From a virus (taxonomy: Duplodnaviria > Caudoviricetes): DNA of 64,000 nucleotides. The notes below the pieces were generated by a model. That model worked only from the letters and a program-made list of their open reading frames with translations, did not search any database and was not told the DNA's origin. Every line of letters starts with the position of its first letter. Within the stretch, counting starts at the first letter, position 1. The translations under genes were made by a program, and so were the position numbers. Below are positions 27,626 through 37,131 of the stretch, one piece after another. The stretch is from the IMG/VR virus record IMGVR_UViG_3300021978_000001, positions 320,001-384,000 of that record, one strand, 5' to 3'.

Positions 27626-27654
27626 TTTACATATCTTCCCTCCTGTGGTAGCTT
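27626..27654 (+). promoter_or_regulatory. Conserved promoter class
   Basis: TTTACA-N17-TAGCTT with TGTGG. Confidence 0.75.
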
Positions 27655-27689
27655 TCTTCTCGTGACAGATTTTCCCGAGGTGTGGAGAG

Positions 27690-28214
27690 ATGTTAATCAA
27701 TATGTTTCGAGTGCTCCTGGCGCGCGATCAGGCGAAGTTGCCCTGGCGCTTCAATCACTTCCAGGTACGCACGGGGGGCGAGAAGCTCTCTTTCTATTGG
27801 ATGTTCGAGGTCGTCGGGCTTCGAGATGCACACGCGGACCCGGGGAGCAACCCTGCATCCTGTGCGCATGTGCTCTTTGATGTGACCTTCGAGGTGTGCC
27901 CCGAGCAAGCAGCGCAGAAAGGCATCTTCCATATCGGATTCAAGCCTCTGGACGCGCCAGAACCCCTGCTCCTGTGTAGCAAGCAAGAGAGCTTGATGAC
28001 CTTGCTCGCGCCCGAGCACCCGTTCATGGTACTTGTCCAGGCGATTTCGACATCCACACAAGAGAACCACCCGGACCTCGAATCCATGGCACAGACGGTC
28101 ATGGCTCCCTATGCTTCTCTGTGGGTGCAACACAACCCACAGAGCGAGATTTGCCGGTTGTTCGCCCAATACCTTCTCGACGCATACCCTGATGAATCGC
28201 TTGAAGACGAGTAG
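27690..28214 (+). CDS. Group B tagged protein (MLINMF); weak paralogue of 28218-28814
   Basis: W.F..F.V...W.F...FD pattern. Confidence 0.8.
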   Translation: MLINMFRVLLARDQAKLPWRFNHFQVRTGGEKLSFYWMFEVVGLRDAHADPGSNPASCAHVLFDVTFEVCPEQAAQKGIFHIGFKPLDAPEPLLLCSKQESLMTLLAPEHPFMVLVQAISTSTQENHPDLESMAQTVMAPYASLWVQHNPQSEICRLFAQYLLDAYPDESLEDE

Positions 28215-28217
28215 ACC

Positions 28218-28814
28218 ATGTTGATCAATCACTTCAGCCTCCCCACGCTCTCCCTCGGTTATATCGAGGGGTGGCACCTGTATGACTTCTATGTCGAGCG
28301 TGTGGAATCTCCCCCGACCGTGCACCTGGTTTGGCAGTTCGCGTATCGTAATGGTGAAGACAAGGCGAGGCGTGATGAAAACGGCACGGGGCCAGAGTGC
28401 TACGCGCATTTCGACATGATCTACTACACGGGAGAGGTGGGTCTCTCTTCTCGCGGGGTTGACTTGACCTGGGTGTACTCAGGGCCGGAGGTCGAGAAGC
28501 CTGTAATCGCCAAGGACCCACACAGAGAGCGTCGGAAGATCCTCGATCCCTGGGAGATGGGGGACATTTACAAGGGCGTGGGTGCGTATGAAAGAGGCAT
28601 CCAAGAAGGGTTACCGTCTCATGAGATTCGCGCGCTCCTCGATGATCTCGAAGAGTCTGCGCGTGTTATTGCACGTCGCTACCTTGACGTCTGGCGCTCG
28701 GTGGAGCCCTTCCCGACCGTATTGTTCATGATGTACTTGAAGGGAAGCAAGGTGTACGATGCGCTCATGCAGGTTCGCTTTCCCCGAGAAGAGCATTTAC
28801 GAGAGGAACCTTGA
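28218..28814 (+). CDS. Group B tagged protein (MLINHF)
   Basis: Tiles with neighbours; N-terminal tag. Confidence 0.8.
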   Translation: MLINHFSLPTLSLGYIEGWHLYDFYVERVESPPTVHLVWQFAYRNGEDKARRDENGTGPECYAHFDMIYYTGEVGLSSRGVDLTWVYSGPEVEKPVIAKDPHRERRKILDPWEMGDIYKGVGAYERGIQEGLPSHEIRALLDDLEESARVIARRYLDVWRSVEPFPTVLFMMYLKGSKVYDALMQVRFPREEHLREEP

Positions 28815-29575
28815 TGAGTGTGTTTGTCGAGACGGAAGAGGATCTGGAGATCGCGCTCCTCGGGGAACCCTACAAGCCTCTCCACAGCGGGGAAGAGGAA
28901 TGGCGCCTCTGGTATGACGAAATGGGGGAGGTTGTCAAGACTTATCGCGTGCAGTGGGAGTCTCCTGCATCTGATTGGTGGTGGATTGACGTGCACCAGA
29001 CTGGGCTCTACCTCATGCACCCCGAGCATGGCGAGGTGCATGTGTTGGACCTGCGCTTGCGTCACAGGAGTGGAGCTGTGTGGAGATCGCTCGAAGCATT
29101 CGAGCGATGGTATGAGACGGACCGTGAGTTACTCGTCCGCTCGGACTTGATCGCGTTCCTGCGGCCTTTGATTTCGATGGATCTCACATACAAGGATGGG
29201 ATGGGAGACCTCTTCCACTTCCCTGGGTGGGCGCGTCACACGTTGGCGCCTGATGCGAAGGCAGTGATCAAACGCGCGGGGTTTCAGAACACCCTCACGA
29301 GTACACGGGAAGCCGTCTTCCAGTTCAAGTGCACGAGCGGTGGGGTATCGCATGCGTCGGACTCCTTGCTCGTCATCCCGCTGTTCCCCTGTTATGTGCG
29401 TGAGAGACAAGCCTCGTGGCGTTGTGTGGGCGTGGATAACGCCAGGGTAAGCCTGACCACCGAGCGCAAGTTTATTGACGCCTGGGAGCTTCTGGAGCGT
29501 ACAGTGTTCAAGACCGAGTACCTTGTGACCGAGCATCACTTTGACTGGGGTGATCGGGTCGAGGGAGTAGGATGA
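28811..29575 (+). CDS. Family A paralogue (A2)
   Basis: LFHFPGW; ERKFIDAWELLERTVFKTEYL. Confidence 0.8.
   Translation: MMSVFVETEEDLEIALLGEPYKPLHSGEEEWRLWYDEMGEVVKTYRVQWESPASDWWWIDVHQTGLYLMHPEHGEVHVLDLRLRHRSGAVWRSLEAFERWYETDRELLVRSDLIAFLRPLISMDLTYKDGMGDLFHFPGWARHTLAPDAKAVIKRAGFQNTLTSTREAVFQFKCTSGGVSHASDSLLVIPLFPCYVRERQASWRCVGVDNARVSLTTERKFIDAWELLERTVFKTEYLVTEHHFDWGDRVEGVG
29477..29523 (+). repeat. 47-nt block 46/47 identical to 33373-33419
   Basis: gacgcctgggagcttctggagcgtac(a/c)gtgttcaagaccgagtacct. Confidence 0.9.
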
Positions 29576-30264
29576 TGAGTGAATTGATCGTATGTGAGAA
29601 TGACCAGGAGCTTTACGATGCCTGGCTGGGAGCCATCGGTGAAGGCGGGGAGTGTCGGGTTGTGCGGCATAATCCTTCCGTTTATCCGACGTTCCTCACG
29701 TTCTTGCAGGGAGAGACTACTGAATGGGTGGCTCGGTTGTCTATGGGTGTGCACAAACGTCGGCATGCTCTGGGGAACCCAAAACACATGATGATGACTC
29801 TCTGTGCTCGGGACTGCGGTAGCAGTTCTCGAAACAAGTGGGCTTTCCAATACAGGTACAGGGATCACGAGGACCTGCCCGGTATTCTGGAGAAGATCGA
29901 GGGATGGGACCAAATGGACCTGCTGTTCAGGTTGGATGGGGAGCTGTTTCACTTCCCAGGATGGCGTCCCCTGGAGTTGGCGGAGGAAGCGAAGCGTGTC
30001 CTGGAAAGACACGGCGTGCTCACGGGCAACCCACACTCGCCCAACATGTACTCGACCATGGATTGGACCTTGGACGATGCACACTGCAACTCGACCCTGG
30101 TGATACCCCTTCATGCGTGTTACCCGAGGTACCGTAGGATCAACGGAGAGATGGCATCGGTCGAAGAGTCGCGTGCTGCGCTGGCGTCCGAGCGTCGTTT
30201 CCTGGATACCTGGGAGCTTCTGGAGCGCACGGTCTTTAACAAGCCCTACCTGATACCAAAATAG
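29572..30264 (+). CDS. Family A paralogue (A2)
   Basis: LFHFPGW; ERRFLDTWELLERTVF. Confidence 0.8.
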   Translation: MMSELIVCENDQELYDAWLGAIGEGGECRVVRHNPSVYPTFLTFLQGETTEWVARLSMGVHKRRHALGNPKHMMMTLCARDCGSSSRNKWAFQYRYRDHEDLPGILEKIEGWDQMDLLFRLDGELFHFPGWRPLELAEEAKRVLERHGVLTGNPHSPNMYSTMDWTLDDAHCNSTLVIPLHACYPRYRRINGEMASVEESRAALASERRFLDTWELLERTVFNKPYLIPK

Positions 30265-30306
30265 GCATGACCTTCCTCGCCTTGGGGTGCTCTATCCAAT
30301 TACATC

Positions 30307-30335
30307 TTTACACGTCTTCCTTGTTGTGGTAGCTC
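30307..30335 (+). promoter_or_regulatory. Conserved promoter class
   Basis: TTTACA-N17-TAGCTC with TGTGG. Confidence 0.75.
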
Positions 30336-30359
30336 TAGTCTCAAGCAACGGAGGATGTG

Positions 30360-31076
30360 ATGCTGTACGACAACTTTAACGCGTTCGTAGCCGCGCTCGG
30401 GGAACACTTGCGTACCGAGGTGCGCGTATCGACGTCGGGCAACTATACGTCGATGACCCTACAAGAGCTGACCTTTCCTGAGTTTTACTTGCGGATGGTC
30501 TTGCATAGCAGGGTACCGCCCGGGTCTCCCCTGAACCATCACGTGACGTATGGGCGAGACTGTGAGCCTGTCGTCGCTTTGGTGGGTGCTCTGGATGGTC
30601 CTGTGTACGAGCATGTCGAGAGCTGTCTTACGCGCTTGAAGCAAGATGGGTACACAGATCGCGCGCTCGAACTCGTTAAAAAGCTCCAGGAATTTGCGGG
30701 CGATTGGACGCACCGCGAAAGGTTGTCTACTCGTGTGTTTCCGGGTTACCGTCAGTTTCGTATGACCGACCATGCGCGAAGACTGATGTGCGAGGCGGGC
30801 TTTGTCGAATGCACATACAGTGGGGGAGGATACGTCAACACCCCCGACCCCACGTCCACGTCCTGGACTCTGTGGCGCTTTCAGGAAACCTCGAATGTAC
30901 TCAATGTCTGGCATTACGCGGGCTTCGAGGAGTCTCAAGTCAGCTCGGAAGCTGCCCCGAGGTATTTCGATCGTGCCTACTTGCAGAAGCAACGACGCTT
31001 CATGGATGCCTGGGAGCTTGTGAGACGCTCGGTGTTTTCCGGGGATTATCTTGAGGAGGTCCTTGATGGACTATGA
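30360..31076 (+). CDS. Family A paralogue (A2)
   Basis: GGAGG RBS; VFPGY; QRRFMDAWELVRRSVF. Confidence 0.8.
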   Translation: MLYDNFNAFVAALGEHLRTEVRVSTSGNYTSMTLQELTFPEFYLRMVLHSRVPPGSPLNHHVTYGRDCEPVVALVGALDGPVYEHVESCLTRLKQDGYTDRALELVKKLQEFAGDWTHRERLSTRVFPGYRQFRMTDHARRLMCEAGFVECTYSGGGYVNTPDPTSTSWTLWRFQETSNVLNVWHYAGFEESQVSSEAAPRYFDRAYLQKQRRFMDAWELVRRSVFSGDYLEEVLDGL

Positions 31077-31401
31077 GACCATCGAAGCCCACGTGAAATT
31101 CATCGTGCATTCCTCGACAGAGGCTTCTTCTCCGAGCCAGCAAGAGAGGTACATTCAGAGTGTGCTCATGCGTCTCTTGTACAACATGCTGGGGTACGCC
31201 AGGGCGCTTGCAGCGTTGTCTCATGCGGAGAATGCGGAACCAGAGACCCTTGCTTTGGCGGAAGACCTCAAGGCTGTCCTCGTGCGTTATGGGGTGCCGA
31301 AAGATGAGACGCAGCTCATGTACCTCCAGGGTGATCTCATCGAGTTGATTCATGAACACGAGCAGAGGAACACGCCGTGCATCCCCACGATTATACCTTG
31401 A
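31066..31401 (+). CDS. Hypothetical helical protein
   Basis: GAGGAGG RBS. Confidence 0.7.
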   Translation: MDYETIEAHVKFIVHSSTEASSPSQQERYIQSVLMRLLYNMLGYARALAALSHAENAEPETLALAEDLKAVLVRYGVPKDETQLMYLQGDLIELIHEHEQRNTPCIPTIIP

Positions 31402-32132
31402 TCCTTCGTAGGACGTTTTTTCGGGTCGCAGGTCCGCTAGAGTTCGGACACGGGAAATTCGTGCGCTCGGCACGATACCAACGCCCTTTTCCGTGTCTCG
31501 ACCTGACGTCTGAGACCTATGTGTCGCCTCATGGGATTCTCATGGGCGCGGGCTCGGGTACGTGGGGGTGGAGCTACAGGATACACCTGTACTTGAACAC
31601 GCGTCTCAAGATCGCGCGATGGCATGTGCATGGGCAGGGTGGCTTGCACGTTCCGTTCGCGGCTTGGGTGGGCAGGGTAAGCGAGCCCTTGTTGGCTCTG
31701 TTCCCTAATGATACCTGGGATACTTCACCGCTCTACCTCTCGTATGGGCACCCCGAGCACACGTATCGCGTGGTGGGTGAGACCCTCCCTGCGCATCGTC
31801 AGGAGCGGTTGGAGTACATCCATCGCGTCCTGGTGGAATATCTCGGTTTTTCTTTTTACGACAAGCATAACTTGTGGTATCGTCGTTATGTACGTGATGG
31901 GTTCATGTTGCATGTCCCGGAGACGGTGGAAGCCGCGCTCAAGGTGACACACGCGTTCCCCCTGTACAATACAGACGATTTCGAGAGGGCGATCGACGCG
32001 CAAAGGCGCTTCAAGGAGACCCTTGGGACAGTACAGCGTATGCTCGATGTTCCGCTCGAATACAACGAAGACCCCTACGCGAACGAAACCCCTTCCGAGC
32101 CCTCTGCGGTCGATTTTAGTGAGTTTTGGTGA
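31377..32132 (+). CDS. Family A paralogue
   Basis: VEYLGF; AIDAQRRFKETLGTVQRML. Confidence 0.7.
   Translation: MHPHDYTLILRRTFFRVAGPLEFGHGKFVRSARYQRPFPCLDLTSETYVSPHGILMGAGSGTWGWSYRIHLYLNTRLKIARWHVHGQGGLHVPFAAWVGRVSEPLLALFPNDTWDTSPLYLSYGHPEHTYRVVGETLPAHRQERLEYIHRVLVEYLGFSFYDKHNLWYRRYVRDGFMLHVPETVEAALKVTHAFPLYNTDDFERAIDAQRRFKETLGTVQRMLDVPLEYNEDPYANETPSEPSAVDFSEFW
31855..31883 (+). promoter_or_regulatory. Conserved promoter class (inside coding sequence)
   Basis: TTTACG-N17-TATCGT with TGTGG. Confidence 0.6.
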
Positions 32133-32788
32133 TGAGCACACCCCCGGACAGAGATGCTTTCCTGGATACCATGGCCGCGCGCGTTTGCGAGCAAGGGCAT
32201 GAGATGCGTGTCACGAGCGCCAGCAAGAATGGACGGCGCTTTCTCGACCTCAGAGGACGGGGAAACGTGTTGATTTGCCCGATGTATGAGGAGACCTTGA
32301 AGTTGGTACGTTGGGTAGCAGGTGTCAAGGCTTCTTACACTCTCTCAGAACTGACGCCGCGTGTTCACGCTTCTTTACGAGAAGGCTTGCATTACTTGCA
32401 TGCGTGCTCCCGAGAGGAGGTGACGCATCATCTGGGTCAGGAGTACACTTGCGTGGGCTTCGGTGACCTCGATGTCGAGGACGCGAACAGGCTCGCACGA
32501 CGTCATGAATGTTTGTTGAGGGAGTTGAATTGCACCTTCGATGAGGATGCCAGCGTTTCTGACGTGTGGTACAAGCATTTCCGCTTACCAAGTGGCTTCG
32601 GTTTCCGCATGGCACGTTACAAGAGGAACCCGCTCTTTCTCGATGTCCCCGCCTTCTGCTGCAACTATTCGGGAGACGTGGAGATGTATTTGTGTGCTGT
32701 GCGACGCGCGCGAGATGAGTTCGTGACGGTCTCGCGTCACCTCGGAACCCCTGTGCTCTACGCTTCTACGCGTGAGGGAGGTCAATGA
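32132..32788 (+). CDS. Family A paralogue
   Basis: TCVGF; VEMYLCAVRRARDEF. Confidence 0.7.
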   Translation: MSTPPDRDAFLDTMAARVCEQGHEMRVTSASKNGRRFLDLRGRGNVLICPMYEETLKLVRWVAGVKASYTLSELTPRVHASLREGLHYLHACSREEVTHHLGQEYTCVGFGDLDVEDANRLARRHECLLRELNCTFDEDASVSDVWYKHFRLPSGFGFRMARYKRNPLFLDVPAFCCNYSGDVEMYLCAVRRARDEFVTVSRHLGTPVLYASTREGGQ

Positions 32789-33441
32789 TGCGTAAGGAGT
32801 TCGAGAGTCTTTCGGCGCTCCATGGAGCCATACAAGAGGTGTTCGAGCCTTCGATAACGTGGAACCATCGAGGGTACAACCTCACCTCGCTTCCTCTTAC
32901 GATTGAAATATCTCAGGAGGGGAGGGAGGACCACATGGTGGTCAATCTTCAGGGCAGGAGAGGACCTATTCTGGTTCATGAAACCCGAGGCGAGGTTCGT
33001 TATCTCTATGCGCAGTATCTCACGGTCGGGGAAGGCGTGAATGAGCCCTCACTTCGCCATGCTGATACGTTCGAGCGTCTCCTGGGAGATGGTGTGTTCC
33101 TTCAGGATGCGACCTCTGGCCGGACGATCGAGTATTACTGGAACCGCAAGCGCTATAACTTGACCCCCGAGGCGGTGCGTGACTTGAAAGAGGCAGGCTT
33201 TCGACGGGTCAGTTGGGAACCCGATTTTACGAGCTGGTCTTTTCCGGGGGGTACCCTGATGTACATCCCCACGATGCCGGGCTTCTTGCCCTACGTCCAC
33301 AAGCTGCCTGATATGGCCACACATGACCTGGACGCAGCTCGGGTAGGGCTCACCTCTTACCGTCGCTTCCTGGACGCCTGGGAGCTTCTGGAGCGTACCG
33401 TGTTCAAGACCGAGTACCTGACGCCACGTGATGAATCGTGA
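32785..33441 (+). CDS. Family A paralogue (A2)
   Basis: LKEAGF; YRRFLDAWELLERTVFKTEYL. Confidence 0.8.
   Translation: MMRKEFESLSALHGAIQEVFEPSITWNHRGYNLTSLPLTIEISQEGREDHMVVNLQGRRGPILVHETRGEVRYLYAQYLTVGEGVNEPSLRHADTFERLLGDGVFLQDATSGRTIEYYWNRKRYNLTPEAVRDLKEAGFRRVSWEPDFTSWSFPGGTLMYIPTMPGFLPYVHKLPDMATHDLDAARVGLTSYRRFLDAWELLERTVFKTEYLTPRDES
33373..33419 (+). repeat. 47-nt block 46/47 identical to 29477-29523
   Basis: Direct comparison; a single synonymous difference. Confidence 0.9.
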
Positions 33442-33474
33442 TACACCACCCACAAACCAAGAGAAGAGGAAGTG

Positions 33475-33960
33475 ATGGCAAAGATCGAAGAGGGAATGTG
33501 GCTTACCTGGCGCGTGGGGCGGCAGTGCTTCATCGGCGGCGCCCTGAAAGACGCGGGATTTGATCATTGGTGGGTCAACAAGCATGAAGGGGATAACCTT
33601 GTCCGGGAGATCAAGCCGGTGGAGGAGCTTGTGCCCTTGTGCCGCACGGACAAACAAAAGGGCGCCTACCTCGTGACGCTTCGCTTGCTCGAAACGTACC
33701 TCGACCCTAGCGCGGGGCGGCAGACGTTGGCGTATCGCATTCCTCCTGCTACACTTTTTTTTGCAGGCAGCATGGCTCCCACGGACTGGACGTCTTTGCA
33801 TCTCGTATACAGCCCTTCGATGGTGCGTCTTCGGAGCGTCGGAGACATGACCATCGAGATCCTCGGGCCGCACGGGACCGCCTATACGTTCCTCTCCGAT
33901 GCCGCGATCGAGTTGTGGGACCTGAAGACACCTGAAGACATCAAGAAGATGCACAAATAG
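33475..33960 (+). CDS. Hypothetical protein
   Basis: GAGGA RBS. Confidence 0.75.
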   Translation: MAKIEEGMWLTWRVGRQCFIGGALKDAGFDHWWVNKHEGDNLVREIKPVEELVPLCRTDKQKGAYLVTLRLLETYLDPSAGRQTLAYRIPPATLFFAGSMAPTDWTSLHLVYSPSMVRLRSVGDMTIEILGPHGTAYTFLSDAAIELWDLKTPEDIKKMHK

Positions 33961-33968
33961 AGGTAGAG

Positions 33969-34739
33969 ATGACTGTGAACGTTTTACCTTCCATGGCAGA
34001 GATGTTTCGCCAACTGGACCATGCGTTGCCCGAGGGGATGGAAGTGCGTCTTCCTTGCGAACTGGATGCGCTCGACGAGTTTTGGGAAGGCGAGTTGAAC
34101 TTCTGGATCGAAGGTATCTCGACCTGGGATGTGAGCTTCTACCCTCCTTGGGACTACGCGGACGCGTTTCATATGACAACACCACGCCACCACGCCCTGG
34201 GAGAGGTCGAGGTGCTTCGTTTCTCGATCCGTGTCAGAGGCTACTGGCAACATAGCGTCACGAAGGCTCTCGAAGCGGCGCGTGGTGAGCGCATCTATGG
34301 AGATGAAACTACCCTGTCTTCCATTGAGCAAGAGGAGCTTGAGAACCTGCTCGCGGCGCTTGCCGCGATGGAGTTCTACTTTTATCCCGTATCCGGCGTA
34401 TCCGAGATTTATCACTTCCCTGGTTTCCGTGAATACACCTGGACCGAGGAAGCTCGTGCTCTTTTTGCGGGCGCAGGCTTTGAAGAGCAGAATTATCATC
34501 GACGCTGGTTCTCTCATTGGAAGCACATGGCCTCGGGGTCTGAGCTTGGTGTGTTCCGCCTCCTGGGGTATCACACGGGTCTCGTGACATCGAGCTACGC
34601 GCGCGCTGCTACACCAGAAGAGGCTCGACGCGCGCTCGACGCGGAGCGCAAGTTCGTGGATGCCTGGGAGCTTGTCGAGCGCGCCATCATCACGCGTGAC
34701 GATCTCCTCGTGCCTGATCTTATCGCGGGGAGAGACTGA
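33969..34739 (+). CDS. Family A paralogue (A2)
   Basis: IYHFPGF; ERKFVDAWELVERAI. Confidence 0.8.
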   Translation: MTVNVLPSMAEMFRQLDHALPEGMEVRLPCELDALDEFWEGELNFWIEGISTWDVSFYPPWDYADAFHMTTPRHHALGEVEVLRFSIRVRGYWQHSVTKALEAARGERIYGDETTLSSIEQEELENLLAALAAMEFYFYPVSGVSEIYHFPGFREYTWTEEARALFAGAGFEEQNYHRRWFSHWKHMASGSELGVFRLLGYHTGLVTSSYARAATPEEARRALDAERKFVDAWELVERAIITRDDLLVPDLIAGRD

Positions 34740-35266
34740 TGCTCTACAACGCCTTCAAGCCCTCTCGCGTGATCTGGCAAGGCCCTCACGAGGACATTGA
34801 CCGCGTGGCTTGGTTCCTGATGCGCTACGAAACGCGTGGGACATATGGGTTCTGGGGGCGCGAGGACATCAAGCTCGGTGCCCTGGTGGAGCGTAGGTTG
34901 GTTATGGGTACCGAGGATGTGTATGGGGACAAGGTAGTACGGAGTTTTCTCTTGTGCGTGACCTTTACCATTCTGGCGTTCGATACGGATAGCCGTTATG
35001 CCACGCGTATGGGAGGCCCCTGGACGCAGCCGATGCCCGAGGGCTACGATTGGGATGCGCGGGGATTCGGATACCTGTTTCACCACTGGTGGACGAAGCG
35101 TTTTGGAACGGATGTCTTGTCTTATCCTTGCCTCACGCCAACACTCGACTTCATGCCTGCCCCGGGTGCCGAGTTGTTGAGTTATGAGGGGTGGCGAGGG
35201 CGCAAGCCTGTGACGGATGAGTGGAACTACGCCAAAGAGGTCGCAGATGCTTTACAACATGTTTAA
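34739..35266 (+). CDS. Group B tagged protein (MLYNAF); paralogue of 35247-35807
   Basis: Shared WQG, LRYE, GAL, GFG, PCL, SY.GW.G. Confidence 0.8.
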   Translation: MLYNAFKPSRVIWQGPHEDIDRVAWFLMRYETRGTYGFWGREDIKLGALVERRLVMGTEDVYGDKVVRSFLLCVTFTILAFDTDSRYATRMGGPWTQPMPEGYDWDARGFGYLFHHWWTKRFGTDVLSYPCLTPTLDFMPAPGAELLSYEGWRGRKPVTDEWNYAKEVADALQHV

Positions 35267-35807
35267 ACCGCCCCTCTTCTCCTGGCAGGGAGGTCACCCC
35301 GAGCTGGAGAAGTGCTCCTGGGTGCTGCTTCGTTACGAGCCTTCATACCTCCCGCGTGAGCTGGAGGTCTTGGCCTCGGGTGCGCTCATTTCTCGGTTTT
35401 TCAACCGTAACCGAGGCGGCGAGGAGATCTTGAACATCTCGGTGTGTATGTTGGTGTATCATGTGGATAAACACCGCTGCACGCCGGTCGGGCCTACTTA
35501 TTACTTTAAGCCTCGCGGGCATTGTGCTACAAACTACGCAGACTTGAACATCGACGAGGATTCCTGGAGCAAGGAAGGCTTCGGGCGCCTCATGCAGTTC
35601 GTGTGGACCAAGAACGAGAGTACCTTTTACGACGCGAGGAGGTTCCCTTGCCTCGGTCAAACCCCTGAGATCGAGATGACCCCCGGGAACCTCACGAGCT
35701 ATGACGGGTGGGTAGGCTATGCCCCTTGTCAAGATACCTGGCCTGATTATCGGGACCACGACATATCAGAGGAAGACCTCGCGAAGTTGGTGGAGTTATT
35801 GAAATGA
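35247..35807 (+). CDS. Group B tagged protein (MLYNMF)
   Basis: ATG at 35247 after GAGG; paralogue of the previous gene. Confidence 0.8.
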   Translation: MLYNMFKPPLFSWQGGHPELEKCSWVLLRYEPSYLPRELEVLASGALISRFFNRNRGGEEILNISVCMLVYHVDKHRCTPVGPTYYFKPRGHCATNYADLNIDEDSWSKEGFGRLMQFVWTKNESTFYDARRFPCLGQTPEIEMTPGNLTSYDGWVGYAPCQDTWPDYRDHDISEEDLAKLVELLK

Positions 35808-36397
35808 TCCCCTGGGATGAGTACATCAAGACCTTCCTGCCTTTCGAGGAAGTAAACGCGAAGGTCGAGGGCATCCTCGACGAGCTTGGTATCGAGCGCA
35901 GTTTTGGCAACGTGCTCACGGACTACGAGCTGCGTAGCCCGGATCTTCCGCTCAAGTTCTCGCTCGACGAGTCTACCTGGCATCATGAGGAACTCTTCAC
36001 TTGTGGTGTCATGGATTCGCCTCGTCATTGTCATGAGTTTCGGGAGCAATTTCGAGAGCGCATCAAGGACCTACGCTTTTTCGTGTTCTTTGGCGATTAC
36101 GTGCGGTACTACCACCTTATCTGGGAGGAAGACCTCGCGCGCCCTGACCAGGAGACGCGACGGCAGATCGAAGAGGTCATGGGCTTCAAGTCAACAGACT
36201 ATGGGGAATGTCACAGGACGTATTCTCTTGACGGTTGTTACTTCACGTTCTACTATGTGCCCGACCGCCCTCCAACCTGGACCACAACAGGTGTAGATGC
36301 GCTCGAAAGCATCGATGCCATGCGCGCCTGGGTCGCGAAACAACGTGGGATGATGGAAAAGTGGGAGTACCTGAGACGCACGCTGGGGTGGCCTTAG
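35804..36397 (+). CDS. Family A paralogue
   Basis: EEVMGF; AMRAWVAKQRGMMEKWEYLRRTL. Confidence 0.8.
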   Translation: MIPWDEYIKTFLPFEEVNAKVEGILDELGIERSFGNVLTDYELRSPDLPLKFSLDESTWHHEELFTCGVMDSPRHCHEFREQFRERIKDLRFFVFFGDYVRYYHLIWEEDLARPDQETRRQIEEVMGFKSTDYGECHRTYSLDGCYFTFYYVPDRPPTWTTTGVDALESIDAMRAWVAKQRGMMEKWEYLRRTLGWP

Positions 36398-36435
36398 CGC
36401 GCACAACAGACGACGTAGAGAGAGTAGAGGAAGTC

Positions 36436-37131
36436 TTGAGCACCACACCCAAATCCTACCCGAGCCACAAGGAGTTCTTCGAGGAGCTTCTGGCTCCTTT
36501 TGAATCCGAGGTTCACTATAACGTAGGCCGCCCCGAAAGTGGCCTTGAGCTACGTGGAAAAGCTCAGACGCTTTATTGGAATCTGGGATTTCTCACAACG
36601 CATGCGCATGATAAGGCGCGTCAAACCCCACAAGGGAAGAGTTTGACGTCCCTGGATATGTCGCGCGATTGGGGATGGAAAACTATCGCCCACGAAGACC
36701 TCGCGCTCGAAAAGGAGCTTGAGCGCGCCCTCTGGAATGTCGAAGCCTACTTCGATTTTGACCACTACTTCGATGAGGATGTCGCGCACTGGCATGTTCG
36801 CGGGACTGGGGGGTGGCAAGTCGCGCCCGAGGTACGATCCAGGCTCCTGGAGTGTGGCTATACGGTACACAAGGAAGACGCGTGGAAGTTGCACTTGCGT
36901 GATCCGCATGGCGCGCTCATTCTGTACAAGCATCCCGACTACACGCCTGTGTGGCAAAGCGGCGCGACCGAATGTGATGACCCCGAGCGAGGTCGCGTGT
37001 GGCTTTCGGAGCAACGTGCCTCCCTTGAGCGTTGGGAGTTCGCGAGGCGCGCGTTGCTGACCGGGGAGCATTTTATCAAGTATGACTTCGATGGGAACGT
37101 CATCGAACATAGCAAGAAGGCAGTTGGATGA
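36436..37131 (+). CDS. Family A paralogue (TTG start inferred)
   Basis: YPSHKEF start motif; RVWLSEQRASLERWEFARRAL. Confidence 0.75.
   Translation: MSTTPKSYPSHKEFFEELLAPFESEVHYNVGRPESGLELRGKAQTLYWNLGFLTTHAHDKARQTPQGKSLTSLDMSRDWGWKTIAHEDLALEKELERALWNVEAYFDFDHYFDEDVAHWHVRGTGGWQVAPEVRSRLLECGYTVHKEDAWKLHLRDPHGALILYKHPDYTPVWQSGATECDDPERGRVWLSEQRASLERWEFARRALLTGEHFIKYDFDGNVIEHSKKAVG

Noticed and set aside
29477-33419. Conserved 3' blocks as the TR/VR pair of a diversity-generating retroelement
   Set aside because: Both copies are coding, the block is short with only one difference, and no reverse transcriptase or avd gene is in the window.
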